Shown: positions 26,601 through 38,100 of the stretch, one piece after another
Layout: every line of letters starts with the position of its first letter
Numbering within the stretch: the stretch's first letter is position 1
Assembly: GCA_965240325.2 (NCBI GenBank)
Contig: OZ251225.1
Location: forward strand, 1,178,001 to 1,242,000
Reading direction: 5' to 3'
From: Rebecca billardiae RCC1528
Taxonomy: Eukaryota > Protista > Haptophyta
Length of the DNA stretch: 64,000 nucleotides
The notes under the pieces: model-generated
What the model was told of the DNA's origin: nothing
The model's input: only the letters and a program-made list of their open reading frames with translations
Database searches by the model: none
Position numbers and translations under genes: made by a program

Positions 26601-28989
26601 TGCACGAGCTGACGCGGATCAACCACTGGTTCCTGCTCAAGCTCGCCTCGATCACGCGCATCCGGCGCACGCTCGAGCAGTTCACGTGCAACCAGCTGCC
26701 GCTGCCCACGCTGCTGTTCGCGAAGCAGAACGGCTTCAGCGACCGGCAGATTGCGCGCGCGGTCGGCGCGAGCGAGGACGAGGTGCGCGAGCTGCGCATC
26801 CGCCACGCGATCACGCCGTTCGTCAAGCAGGTGGACACGCTCGCCGCCGAGTTCCCCGCGGCGACCAACTACCTCTACATGTCGTACAACGCGACCGAGC
26901 ACGACCTCGCCTTCGACGAGCACGGCGTGATGGTGCTCGGCTGCGGCGCGTATCGCATCGGCTCGAGCGTCGAGTTTGACTGGTGCGCGGTCGGCTGCGT
27001 GCGCACGCTGCGCAAGCTGGGCCACCGCTCGATCATGGTGAACTACAACCCGGAGACCGTCTCGACGGACTACGACGAGTGCGACCGGCTCTACTTCGAG
27101 GAGCTCTCCCTCGAGCGCGTGCTCGACATCTACCAGCTCGAGACGTCGACCGGGATCATCCTCTCGGTGGGCGGCCAGATCCCAAACAACATGGCGCTCG
27201 CGCTGCACGCGCGCGACGTGACGATCCTGGGCACGAGCGCGGAGAACATCGACAACGCGGAGGACCGGTTCAAGTTCTCCAAGATCCTCGACTCGATCGG
27301 CGTGGACCAGCCCACGTGGAAGGAGCTCCGCTCCGTCGAGATGGCGAAGACGTTCTGCAAGCAGGTCGAGTACCCGTGTCTGATCCGACCGTCGTATGTG
27401 CTGAGCGGCGCCGCGATGAAGGTCGTCTTCAACGACAAGGTGCGCGGCGCGCGGCGCGGCGGCGCGTGCTGCCCCCGCCCCTCGCCGCCGCGCGCCCCGC
27501 GCGCAACCCTCACCCGCCGGGCGCCGCGCCGCCGCACGCCCCCGCAGGACCTCGAGATCTTCCTGAACAAGGCGTGCGACGTCTCGCCCGAGCACCCGGT
27601 CGTGATCTCAAAGTTCATCGAGAACGCCAAGGAGATCGAGGTGGACGCGGTCGCGGCGGGCGGGAAGGTGGTGAACTACGCGATCGCCGAGCACGTGGAG
27701 AACGCGGGCGTGCACTCGGGCGACGCGACGCTCGTGCTGCCCGCGCAGAAGCTGTACTGCGAGACCGTGCGGTGCGCGCGCGCAAGGCGCGGCGGCGCGC
27801 CGGCGCGCGACCGCGCCACGCCGCGCCACGCCGCGCCGCGCGAGCGCTGTGCCCACCCCTCCGTGCTGCCGCCGCCGCCGCCGCCGGTGCGCGCGTGCGC
27901 GCCGCGTGCGCGCAGCCGCGTGAAGCGGGTCACCTTCAAGATCGCCGAGCGCCTCAATATCTCCGGCCCGTTCAACATCCAGTTCCTCTCCAAAGACAAC
28001 CGCATCAAGGTGATCGAGTGCAACCTGCGCGCCTCGCGCACCTTCCCCTTCGTCTCCAAGACGCTCAAGGTGCGGCGCGGAGGCGGCGTGCTGGGCCGTG
28101 GGCCGCGCGGGCGGCGCGGCGCGGGCGGCGCGGCGCGGCGCGGGCGCCGTGGGCCGTGGGCCGCGCACGGGCGCGCCGTGCGTGCACCGGGCGCGCCGCG
28201 CACGGGCGCCGGGCGCGCGAGGCCTTCCGGCCGCGGCACGGCGCGCGCGCGGCCCAGCCTCTCACGCCGCGCCCGCGCACCCCGCTCGCGCGCCCGACCG
28301 CGCGCGCACAGGCGGACTTCATCGAGCTGGCGACGCGCGTGATGATCGGCGAGGCCGTCAAGCCCGCCCCCATCCACCTGCTCGAGATCGACTACGTCGG
28401 GATCAAGGCGCCGATGTTCTCCTTCACTCGGCTGCTCGGCGCCGACCCCGTGCTCGGCGTCGAGATGGCGTCGACCGGCGAGGTCGCCACCTTCGGCGAC
28501 ACGCGGCACGAGGCGATCATCACGTCGATGCGCGCGGCCGGCTTCCGCGTACCCAAGAAGTCCGTCTTCCTGTGCATCGGCCCGCTCTCCGCCAAGCTCG
28601 ACTTCATCGACCGCGCGAAGAACCTCGTGAACAAGGGCTTCACGCTGTACGCGTCCACGGGTACGCGCGACTTCCTCGCCGAGCGCGGCGTGCAGACCGA
28701 GCTGCTGCACAAGCCGTCCTCGAAGGCGAAGCCCAACTTCGAGGACTACGTGCGCGAGGGCAAGATCGACCTCGTGATCAACATCCGCGACTCGCACGCC
28801 GACACGGGCTCGCTCACCGACGGGTACAACATCCGACGCTCGGCCGTGGACAACGGCGTCACGCTCATCACCGACGTGAAGCTCGCCGGGCTGGTCGTCG
28901 CCGCGATCACCGTCGAGGCGCCAGACCCGCCCCAGGACGGCTCGGCGGCAAAGGTGAAGGTGAAAGCATGGGACGAGCTCGGCGGCTGA
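23671..28989 (+). CDS. Carbamoyl-phosphate synthetase with fused glutaminase (small) and synthetase (large) chains and MGS domain; introns at about 23804-23931, 24101-24267, 27440-27547, 27772-27915 and 28070-28311
   Basis: [62 protein letters not shown] and [11 protein letters not shown]; stop follows the MGS domain with no DHO/ATC. Confidence 0.96.
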
Positions 28990-29771
28990 GCAGCTGGCGC
29001 GCGCACGCGTCGCGTCGCCGTCTGCGCCGCCGAGATTCCACGTAGGGCGACGATCGTGGCCGTCTTGCCTCTTGGTCACCAACTAGTGGTCGTGCGCGCC
29101 ACGCGTGCCGCACTACAAGCAGCCGTAGCTGATCATTGGCGCGCACGGGCCGTGCGGCGGCGCGCGCGTGATCCGCAAACTTGGAAGTGGCAGTATATTG
29201 TAGTATGTAGTAGGTACGCATGCACACCCGACGACGGACGCGGGACGAGCAGGTCTGCAGCGTTAGCTACTCATGCCTCATACTCATGCATAGTCATAGC
29301 TGCGCCGACTCGGAGTCACTCAGGCGGACGCGGAGTGACTCGGTCTCGGACTCGGACTGCCGTAACTCAATCAAATAATCTGATATGAACTGCCGTTAGC
29401 ACTGCGGACTGGTCAGTCAGTAGGACTTCATTACTACTACCATGCATGCAAGCAGCACAGCACACTATACTCGCGTCACATACTGCTGCAGATCGACCTC
29501 GCCGGACTAAGCGCCCAGCGCGCCTGCCAGCGCGGAGCGCCTTGCGGCGGGCTTGCCCTTGGCCTTGGGCTTGAAGAACATCTGAACGGTCGCACTAGGC
29601 CTAGCGCCTGTGAGTGTGACTTGCGGGCGGGTCTTGGCGTTCACTGAGGATGAGATCCGTGAGATGAGCGGCTTGTCGGCGAGCTCGGACACAACGTGGT
29701 CGGCAATCGTGTCGAGGAACTGGACGCGCACAGGCCGCTGGCATCACCCGGGCATCCGGCCGTTCAGCCGG

Positions 29772-30947
29772 TCAGCCACCGCGCCGCGTGGCTGCGCGCT
29801 CGGCAAGCGCGTACGTGAGCGCGGCCTCCTCCGCAGTTGCAAAGGAGCCCAGCGACTTGCGCTTGCCGCCGTTGGGGCCCCGCGGTCCCTTCGGCACGCT
29901 GAATGGCAGCTTGGCACTGCCGCACACCACGTGCGCGTAGCCGCTCTGGTTGCTGGCGCGCTCGAGGACGATGCCCTCCCGCTCGGCGTACTGCAGCACC
30001 TCGTGCGCGCTCGGTGCGTCCGCCATCATCTCCTCCACCGTGCGCTTGCGCGCGTAGTTGCGCCGCTCGCGCGTGGTGGGCTGGCGGACCTTCTGTGGAA
30101 GTGCCCGACACTCGTTCTCTTTGCCTTCGATCGTCGCCGCGTGGAATCCCAAGTTGGGCTCCCACCCGCCCTTTGCGGCGGGCGGAGCCGGCATGGGTGG
30201 CACGGCGTTGACTGGAGGCGGGGCGTCGGGCACGGGATGCACGGCAGCGATGGGCACTGCTGGCGGCTCTGCCATGGTCGGCGTCGCGACAGGCGCGCAC
30301 GTCGATGGCACCGTGCTCGAAGCACCGCAGCACGGCTTCACGTCCGCGACACTTGCGGAGATGGCGCCCGCCGTGGCCGGGGCGGCAGCAGCCGCAGGCA
30401 AGGCCGCCGACGGCGTGGGCACGGGAGGAGCGACGGCCGGGGGCGGCGGCGCGGGCGCCGGTCGGTTGGAAGCCGTCTTGGGGAGCCACTTGGATAAGGG
30501 CTGGAGTGGCGTGCCAGCAGGCACGTACCACACCCTGCGAGCCACATCCCAGCGCGCTCCGAGCGCCTTGGCCGCATCCTTCTCGCTGTACGGGCAGCAC
30601 AGATCAACTGACGTCTCCGCGAGGGGCCCTGTCGGCTCGGTCGGGGCGGCGGACTCGTCGTGTGATTGGAGTGGTGGAAGGCCGCAGAGTTCTCGGCGCG
30701 CGGCCGTGTCGTTCGGTGGGCCCCATCGCATCGTGGACTTGCAGCCGCGCTTCTTGTAGAAGCTGCAGCCCCAGAACATCCCGCGCGAGCCCGGCTTGGG
30801 AAGCATCACTCCGCCGCACGCACGGCACGCCAGCGGATCTGTCGCTGGGCAGGAGCACATGCGTGGGTCCATGCTGTCGCTGCCGCCGCAGACGCAGCGC
30901 AGGGTCCACATGACGAATCGCGCGTCCGTGTCTTGCGAGATCTGCAT
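29772..30947 (-). CDS. Chimeric protein: topoisomerase-type C4 Zn ribbon, DUF5710 and AP2-like DNA-binding domain (3' end uncertain)
   Basis: CRACGGVMLPKPGSRGMFWGCSFY..GCK; CPYSEKDAAKALGARWDVARRVWYVP; SNQSGYAHV..KSLGSFATAEEAA. Confidence 0.7.
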   Translation of the reverse strand: MQISQDTDARFVMWTLRCVCGGSDSMDPRMCSCPATDPLACRACGGVMLPKPGSRGMFWGCSFYKKRGCKSTMRWGPPNDTAARRELCGLPPLQSHDESAAPTEPTGPLAETSVDLCCPYSEKDAAKALGARWDVARRVWYVPAGTPLQPLSKWLPKTASNRPAPAPPPPAVAPPVPTPSAALPAAAAAPATAGAISASVADVKPCCGASSTVPSTCAPVATPTMAEPPAVPIAAVHPVPDAPPPVNAVPPMPAPPAAKGGWEPNLGFHAATIEGKENECRALPQKVRQPTTRERRNYARKRTVEEMMADAPSAHEVLQYAEREGIVLERASNQSGYAHVVCGSAKLPFSVPKGPRGPNGGKRKSLGSFATAEEAALTYALAERAATRRGG

Positions 30948-31080
30948 CGTGCCGGGGTTGACGTGCGGCCGTCGGACGGAGTGGACGACCCAACTTCGAA
31001 CTTTGAATTCAAAATCTGGACGTGAAAGTGGCGACCGGCCGGAACCTACGATCAACCAATGAACCAAAGGACCTTTGGAT

Positions 31081-33190
31081 CAAAGGAATAGAAGAGAGAT
31101 AGGACGGCAACTCCCAGTGTGCGCCGGAGACCGAGGTCATGGTACCGACTCCATCGTGCCGGGGGCCGAGGGCCGCTGAGTTCCGAGCGACGCCGAGGCC
31201 GCCCCCTCCCTCCCGCTCCCGAGCGCCGCTCCGCCGCGGGCGTGCACGCCGCCAATTCGACGCGCGCGGCGCTGCCATGCTGTCGACGCTTCAACCGGGT
31301 CGTCGGTCGACTGCCGCCGCGCCCGCGCCCGCCGCCGAGCCCACCGGGTGCGCCACGCGCCGCGCGGCACGCGCGGGCGCCGAACCGACCGGCGCCGCCG
31401 CGAGCGCCCGCGTGAGGGGCGAGAGAGGGGGAAATTCGCGGGTGTTAAGCTTTGAATGTGGGGTTGGGTCCACCGAGCCCCCACACAGACCTTAACACCC
31501 GCGAAAATGTCCCCAGACCGTGCGCTCACGACGCGCGTATGCTACCTTCCTGAGTGCAACAAAGCTGGTTGTGCTCCTCTGCGAGCGCCGTCGCCTGAGT
31601 CGAGAGAGCGGATATTTCGCGGGTGTCTTCGTTTGGGCAAGGCCCCTTGCTACTACTCTCGGCATACATGCCCGAAGACCCGCGTTCTAGCGTGCGGGGC
31701 GCGAGCAGACCACGACGCGCACACGCGGCGCGCCTTGGCACAATGCACCTGGCCATGCGACGCCTGCGCGAGCGTCGTCCGAGGCGAGAGAGGGGGCTAT
31801 TCGCGGGTGTCTTTGCTTCTTTGGAGGGTTGTGTCCATGCCCTTGGCACACACGCCTTAACACCCGCGATTTGTGCGAAGAGCGCGCTCTCACGACAGCG
31901 CGCGCTCACGGCAGCGTCGTAGACAAGCGAATGCAGGCTGCCTAGCCCCAACCAGCGTTCGGCACTGACGATATCGACGATGCCACTGAGCCGCGGTCGG
32001 AGAGAGACGATGGCAATCACCTGGGTCAGACTGTAGCCTCTAGACTCGGCACAAACATCAGAGGCTTCGGACTAGCTGCTAGGCAGCGTGCGCAACGATA
32101 TATCGGATGTTCGGTCTATGATGAAGTGATTGCGCAGCGCAGGCCTAGTCCCGCCTGATACGGGCCACTCGGCCGCATCATGCCATTCATGGCATCGGTC
32201 GATACGAATGGCACGCGCATGTCTACTGCAGGTTTCTCTGAAGAGGATACGAGCATCTGCCCGCGTTGGGCGACGCTCTCCAGGCTCTAGCGCGTTCGAG
32301 GATGGCGCAGTTGCTGTAGGCGGTGCTCGCAGCTAGGCGAGTCCTCCACGACGCGTGGCGCGCGCACGCTGCCGTGAGCGCGCGCTGTCGTGAGCGCGCG
32401 CTCTTCGCACAAATCGCGGGTGTTAAGGCATGTGTGCCAAGGGCATGGGCACAACCCTCCAAAGAAGCAAAGACACCCGCGAATAGCCCCCTCTCTCGCC
32501 TCGGACGACGCTCGCGCAGGCGTCGCATGGCCAGGTGCATTGTGCCAAGGCGCGCCGCGCGTGCGCGTCGTGGTCTGCTCGCGCCCCGCACGCTAGAACG
32601 CGGGTCTTCGGGCATGTATGCCGAGAGTAGTAGCAAGGGGCCTTGCCCAAACGAAGACACCCGCGAAATATCCGCTCTCTCGACTCAGGCGACGGCGCTC
32701 GCAGAGGAGCACAACCAGCTTTGTTGCACTCAGGAAGGTAGCATACGCGCGTCGTGAGCGCACGGTCTGGGGACATTTTCGCGGGTGTTAAGGTCTGTGT
32801 GGGGGCTCGGTGGACCCAACCCCACATTCAAAGCTTAACACCCGCGAATTTCCCCCTCTCTCGCCCCTCACGCGGGCGCTCGCGGCGGCGCCGGTCGGTT
32901 CGGCGCCCGCGCGTGCCGCGCGGCGCGTGGCGCACCCGGTGGGCTCGGCGGCGGGCGCGGGCGCGGCGGCAGTCGACCGACGACCCGGTTGAAGCGTCGA
33001 CAGCATGGCAGCGCCGCGCGCGTCGAATTGGCGGCGTGCACGCCCGCGGCGGAGCGGCGCTCGGGAGCGGGAGGGAGGGGGCGGCCTCGGCGTCGCTCGG
33101 AACTCAGCGGCCCTCGGCCCCCGGCACGATGGAGTCGGTACCATGACCTCGGTCACTGGAGTTGCCGTCCTATCCCCTTTCATTCCTTTG
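31081..33190. mobile_element. Non-autonomous foldback DNA transposon with P-element-like ends; ~830-bp TIRs and 7-bp TSD TTTGGAT
   Basis: Arms ~31081-31917 and ~32366-33190 are near-identical inverted copies; termini CAAAG..CTTTG; TTTGGAT at 31074-31080 and 33191-33197. Confidence 0.88.
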
Positions 33191-33437
33191 TTTGGATCAA
33201 CCGGACTGACAATCGCGGAAGCCGGAAGCACTCGGGGTGGCGATGATAATGACAATATCGTCGTGATTTTATTCGATGACAATTCAATATTGACGATCGA
33301 ATATCGTCGGTGGCTTCGAATTCTGCTGCTCCTATTGCCTCTCCTTGGCGCCAGTCGCCCAGTGTCAATGGCATCAATGACATGCTACACTACTACGACC
33401 ACTTGGCCGCCGCCTCATCAGCAGCTATCAATGGCCC

Positions 33438-36400
33438 TCATAGCCGCACATCGGCCGGCTCACCGAAGACGGGCAAGACGGCCGCCGCCGGGCCGAGCAA
33501 TGGGCCGCGCGGCGAGGCGGCGCCGAGGCCGTACTCAGACTCGCGCGCCGCGGCGGCCGCCTCCGCGGCGACGACGGCAGCGCCGACCAGCGCGTCGACG
33601 ATGGCGCCGATGTGCGCGAGCGCCTCGGTGTGCCGCGTCGCGCGCTCGCCCGCCGCGCGCGCAAACCGCCAGCGCGCGCCGCGCACACGGTGCTCGGGCG
33701 GGCAGCCCGCGGCGCGCCACGATGCGGCGCGCACGTTGGCGCGCGATCGCTGCAGACGGACCGCGTCTGCAGAGCGCGGCGGCGGCGGCGCGAAGCGGCC
33801 GCGCAGCAGCACGGGTGGCTGCCCCCCCGTCGAGCTGGCCAGCAGCAGCAGGCCGTGGTCGGCCGAGACGGCGAGCCTGTCCAGCTCCGGCCGCGCGCCG
33901 CCGCCCTTGGCGCCCGCCGCGGGCCGCGGCGGCGGCGGCAGCGCGGGCGTGAGGTCCAACGGCCCTTTCACGACGCGCGCGCTCGCGAGCGAGACGACGC
34001 TCAGCTGGTTGGCGCAGAGGATGTACGCGTAGTCCGACGCGGTGTGCGCGAGCGTGCCCCCGAGCGCGAGCGCGGGCGCCGCGCTCGCCGCGCTCGCCGC
34101 CGGCAGCGGCACTCGCGTGCGAAGCGGCGTCGGCCGCACGCTGCCGCCATGCACACTCAGCAGCGCAAGCTCACAAAAGGCGGCGGGGAAGGCACGCGAG
34201 GGCGCGTAGTACGCGAGGACTGCGAGCTCGCGCCCGCCGCCGGTGAGCGCCGCGCCGGCGATCACGCCCGCGCGCGTGCCGAGCACGTAGCTCCGCACCG
34301 AGTGCTCCAGCAGCAGCGCGCCCTCGCCGCCCGCCGCGCGCCGCACCGTCGTAAACTCGGCGCGGCCGTCAGCGCGCACACGCTCCTCGCGGCCGAAGGT
34401 GCTCTCGACCGAGCCGTCCGCCAGGGTGCGCGTGCGCCACGGGGTGCTCGCGCCGAGGCCGAGCGGGTGCAGCCGGTTGGCCTCGTACGCGCGGGAGATG
34501 GCGACGAACTGCCGGCTGCGCTCGGGCGCGCGCACGGGCACGCGCACGCCCTCGGGCGGGAAGAGGAGCGCCGGCGGCGCCGACTCTGCCGGTGTCACCT
34601 CCCTCACCGCCAGCTCGAGTCGAGCGCCGCCGCGCGCCGGCGCAAACCAGCCAAAGGAGGAGAGGTGGAGCGGCGAGTAGGGCCAGAGCCGCACGCCGCC
34701 GCGCGCGTCGAGCGTGACCACCGTCGGCGCGCCCGCCAGGCCGCCCCCGCCGCCGCCCGCCGCCGCGCCGCCCGCCGCCACGCCGCAGAAGAGGACGGCG
34801 GCAGCATGGCCGCCGGAGAGCAGCTCAGCGCTCAGCAGCGACGGCGGCACGGCGGGCGCGGCGCCCGCGGGGAGCAGCCGCGCGTCGGCGCCGTCCGCCT
34901 CGCGGAGCGCGCGCGCGCGCGCGGGCGGCGCGCCCAGCACGACCATCGCCGCGGCGGGCGTGTTCAGCTTCACCGCCAGCCCGCAGCCGAGGCCGGCGAC
35001 CAGCGACGGCTGATGGCCGCCGAGCGTGTGCGTCGGATGGAAGCAGACAGCGCGGGCGCGCACGTCCGTGGACGGCGGCGGCGCGGCGGCGGGCGCGGCG
35101 GCGGCGGCGGAAGCGCCGTCCGCGCCAAGCGCGGGCGCGCCGCTCGTCTCGCCCGACGCCGCCGCGCGCAGCCCGAGCGTGCGCAGCAGGCCGCGCCGGC
35201 GCGCGGACGTGGTGGGCGCGCGGCCGCGCCGCCCGCCCGCCGCCGCCGCGCCCGCCGCCGCCGCCGCCGCCGCCGCCGCCTCCCTCTCCGCCTCCTCCGC
35301 CTCGGCGCGCGCGATCAGCTCGGCCGACTCGAGCTGCGCGGGCGTGACGGCCGCGAGGAGGGCGAGCTCGCTCTGCAGCGCACTCGCCGGCTGCCCGCCG
35401 CCACCCGCCGGCTGCGAGCGCCCGCCCTTGCCCGCACCGCCCGCGGCGGCGGAGGCCGCGGCCGCCGCGCCCGCCGTGCGAGCGCGGGCGTGCGCCGCAC
35501 TCGCCGCCTCTGCCAGCGAGGGCGTCGCATCGAGCTGCGCGGGCAGGGAGGCTGCGGCGGGCTCGGTCGCGGGCGCGCCCGCCTGAGCCCCCGCGACCGC
35601 GGCCGCGCGCGCCGCGCCCGCCTCCAGCACCCGCCGCCCGCCCTCCGCCGAGAGCGCGCCCCCAGGCACCAGTGCCCACGCGCACACAGCTCCGCTCTCA
35701 GCGGCGGTCGCGAGCGCGCGGCCGTCCGCACTCCAGCTTACGCAGCGCAGCGCAGAGGGCGCGGCGGCGGCGTCGCGCGGCGCGGCGCGGCCGCCGCCGC
35801 CTGTCGGCGGGCTCACCCAGCGCACGGTGGGCATCGGCGCCGCCGCCGGCCCCGCCGCCGCCGCCGCCGCCGCCGCCCCGGGCTGCCCGCCCGCGGCCGC
35901 GGCCGCGGCGGCGGGCCCGGCGCCCGCCGCCGTCGGCGCGGCGGGCGGCTGCGGCCAATCGCACGCGAGGATGGCGACGGAGCCGTCGGCGCGTCCGGCG
36001 GCGACGAGCGGCGCGCGCGGCGCGAAGGCGAGCGCGGTGACGCCCACAAGCCCGCCGAGCGCGCCCACGCCCACGCCCTCCTCCGGCCGCAGCTGCCAGC
36101 AGCGCCACCAGGCCAGCTCCAGCTCCGCGTGTCGCGTGACGAGCCGGCCGCGCGGCAGCGGCGGCGTGTCTGCGGCGCCTAGCAGCCGCTCGTGCGCGCC
36201 GTCGGGCGCGTCGGCGTGGGCGGGCTCGGCGTGGGCGTGGGCGAGCGCGCCGGGTGGGGGCGGCCCCGCGCCCAGCTCGAGCTCGTCGTCGTCCTCCCCC
36301 GCCGCCGCCTCGGCGCCGCCCTCCGCAGCCTCCGCCGCGAGCTCATCGCCGGTGCCACCCCACCCGTGGTGCCAGCGGCGGCGCCGCGGGCGCGTGGTTG

Positions 36401-37937
36401 GGAGTTGGTGCGCCATGCGCTGCGAGGGGAGCGCGGCGGCCTCGCGCGCGGCGCGCTGCCTGCGCATCTCCGCGTACGCGTCGCCCAGCCCCTCGGGCGG
36501 CTCGATCCCGTCCGCGCGCCGCGCCGCGCACGCCGCGGCCCCGCAGAGCAAGTCGCGCGCTGCGCGCTCGCTCAGCGCGCGCGTGCGCGCCGCCTCGGCC
36601 GCCGCGTCGGCGGCGAGCTCGTCGGCGAGCTCGGCGAGGAGGGAGGCGGCGGCGCGGTGCACGCCGCGGTCGCCGGCGAGGAGCGCGTCGCCCGCGACGA
36701 GCGAGTCGAGCAGCGCCGCCTCGCGCGCCATCCACGCCTCGAAGCGCGCCGCGCCGCGCTCGACCGCCTCAGCGGCCGCGCGCCGCGCGCCCTCGCGCGC
36801 GCCGTCCGCGCCCGCGCCCGCGCCCGCCGCGTCCGCGTCTGCGTCTCGCGCGCGGGGGGAGGGCCACTGCGCGAGCTGCGCGCGGAGCGCGTCGACGCGC
36901 TCGAGCTGCGCCTCCCGCCCCGCGTCGACGCGCTCCACCAGCGCCGCGAGCGCCACCGGCTGCGCGCCCTCGGCCGCGGCGCCGCTGGGCGCGAGAGCCG
37001 CCAGGCTCGCTCGCAGCTCAAGCGCGCGCGCCGCGTACGCGCGCCGCTCGGCGTTCTGCGCGCGCAGCGCCTGGTGCCGCGCGTGCAGCTTGCGCTTGTG
37101 CGCGCGGCGCTGCGCGCCCAGCCGCAGCTCGACCGAGTCGCTCAGCGGCGCGAGCGCCGACGCGCCCGCGTCCGCATGCCGCAGCAGCAGGCTCACAGGC
37201 GCGCTCGCGGCCGCCTCAATGGCAGCGCGGCCGCGCGCGCGCTCCGAGGCGCGCGCGCGCTCGGCGTCGGCGCGGCTGCTCGCGCTGCCCGCGCTGACGA
37301 GCTTCTGGAGGTCGCCGAGACCCTCGAACCGCTCGGCGAGCGCCGCGGCCGCGCGGCGCTGCGCCTGCACCTCCGCGGGCTCAGCAGCATCCGCGTCCGC
37401 CGCGCCGCCGGGCGGAGGCACCGACTCCGCCGCCGCGCTCGCCGCCGCCCCGAGCGCGAGGAGCGGGTCGGCCGCGGCGGCCGCGCTCGGATCGGCGGGG
37501 GAGAGGGGAGAGGCGGCTACCGCCTTGGCGGAGGGCTGCGCCCGCGGCCGCGCGCGGCCCTCCTCGAACGCGTGCAGCTCGCCCTTGAGCTCGTCGGCGC
37601 GGCGCGCTGCGAGCAGCTGCTCTGCGCGCAACGCGGCCGCGCGCGCCTTTGCCGCCGCCTCGTCGCGCCGGAGCCTCTCCTCGTCGTCGTGCAGGCGCCC
37701 GAGCCGCGCCCGCGCCTCCGCGATCTGCCGCGCCTTCTGCCGCGCCTCCGCTGCCCGCAGCTCCGTCTCGACCGCCTCGAGCTCCGCTCGGCGCGCCGCG
37801 GCCGCGGCCGCGAGCTCGGCCAGCCGCGCAGCCTCGTCATCGGGGGGCTCGGCCGGGCCCGACTCGGACAGCGCGGCCGTGGTGCCCAGCGTGGTCGCCG
37901 ACGCCGCGCCGGGCGAGACCGCGCCTGAGGACGCCAT
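33438..37937 (-). CDS. Large Ala-rich protein with N-terminal coiled coil and WD40-like repeats
   Basis: Open frame of ~1500 aa; VTALAFAP..VAAGRADGSV, CVSWSADGRALATAAESGAVCAW, VCFHP and TLDARGGVRLW. Confidence 0.65.
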   Translation of the reverse strand: MASSGAVSPGAASATTLGTTAALSESGPAEPPDDEAARLAELAAAAAARRAELEAVETELRAAEARQKARQIAEARARLGRLHDDEERLRRDEAAAKARAAALRAEQLLAARRADELKGELHAFEEGRARPRAQPSAKAVAASPLSPADPSAAAAADPLLALGAAASAAAESVPPPGGAADADAAEPAEVQAQRRAAAALAERFEGLGDLQKLVSAGSASSRADAERARASERARGRAAIEAAASAPVSLLLRHADAGASALAPLSDSVELRLGAQRRAHKRKLHARHQALRAQNAERRAYAARALELRASLAALAPSGAAAEGAQPVALAALVERVDAGREAQLERVDALRAQLAQWPSPRARDADADAAGAGAGADGAREGARRAAAEAVERGAARFEAWMAREAALLDSLVAGDALLAGDRGVHRAAASLLAELADELAADAAAEAARTRALSERAARDLLCGAAACAARRADGIEPPEGLGDAYAEMRRQRAAREAAALPSQRMAHQLPTTRPRRRRWHHGWGGTGDELAAEAAEGGAEAAAGEDDDELELGAGPPPPGALAHAHAEPAHADAPDGAHERLLGAADTPPLPRGRLVTRHAELELAWWRCWQLRPEEGVGVGALGGLVGVTALAFAPRAPLVAAGRADGSVAILACDWPQPPAAPTAAGAGPAAAAAAAGGQPGAAAAAAAAGPAAAPMPTVRWVSPPTGGGGRAAPRDAAAAPSALRCVSWSADGRALATAAESGAVCAWALVPGGALSAEGGRRVLEAGAARAAAVAGAQAGAPATEPAAASLPAQLDATPSLAEAASAAHARARTAGAAAAASAAAGGAGKGGRSQPAGGGGQPASALQSELALLAAVTPAQLESAELIARAEAEEAEREAAAAAAAAAGAAAAGGRRGRAPTTSARRRGLLRTLGLRAAASGETSGAPALGADGASAAAAAPAAAPPPSTDVRARAVCFHPTHTLGGHQPSLVAGLGCGLAVKLNTPAAAMVVLGAPPARARALREADGADARLLPAGAAPAVPPSLLSAELLSGGHAAAVLFCGVAAGGAAAGGGGGGLAGAPTVVTLDARGGVRLWPYSPLHLSSFGWFAPARGGARLELAVREVTPAESAPPALLFPPEGVRVPVRAPERSRQFVAISRAYEANRLHPLGLGASTPWRTRTLADGSVESTFGREERVRADGRAEFTTVRRAAGGEGALLLEHSVRSYVLGTRAGVIAGAALTGGGRELAVLAYYAPSRAFPAAFCELALLSVHGGSVRPTPLRTRVPLPAASAASAAPALALGGTLAHTASDYAYILCANQLSVVSLASARVVKGPLDLTPALPPPPRPAAGAKGGGARPELDRLAVSADHGLLLLASSTGGQPPVLLRGRFAPPPPRSADAVRLQRSRANVRAASWRAAGCPPEHRVRGARWRFARAAGERATRHTEALAHIGAIVDALVGAAVVAAEAAAAARESEYGLGAASPRGPLLGPAAAVLPVFGEPADVRL

Positions 37938-38100
37938 GCCTCTACCTCCCCTCCGCAACGGTTGTGCAGGGTGCGGCTGCCATCGTTTTCACCCTGCTGC
38001 TGCAGTGCTGCTGGCTGCTCCAGCATGAGGCCTGTCCGGAGCTTTCGCCCGGACTCATTGGTCAAAGTGGCTGCAGCAAGCACACGTGGCGGCCGTCTTG

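Noticed and set aside
24068-27595. 1175-aa antisense ORF and 916-aa alternate-frame ORF over CPS
   Set aside because: Shadow ORFs expected from extreme GC3 codon bias of the real gene; no domain motifs.
35827-38028. Long + strand ORFs opposite the WD40-like gene
   Set aside because: Ser/Ala/Arg low-complexity antisense shadows.
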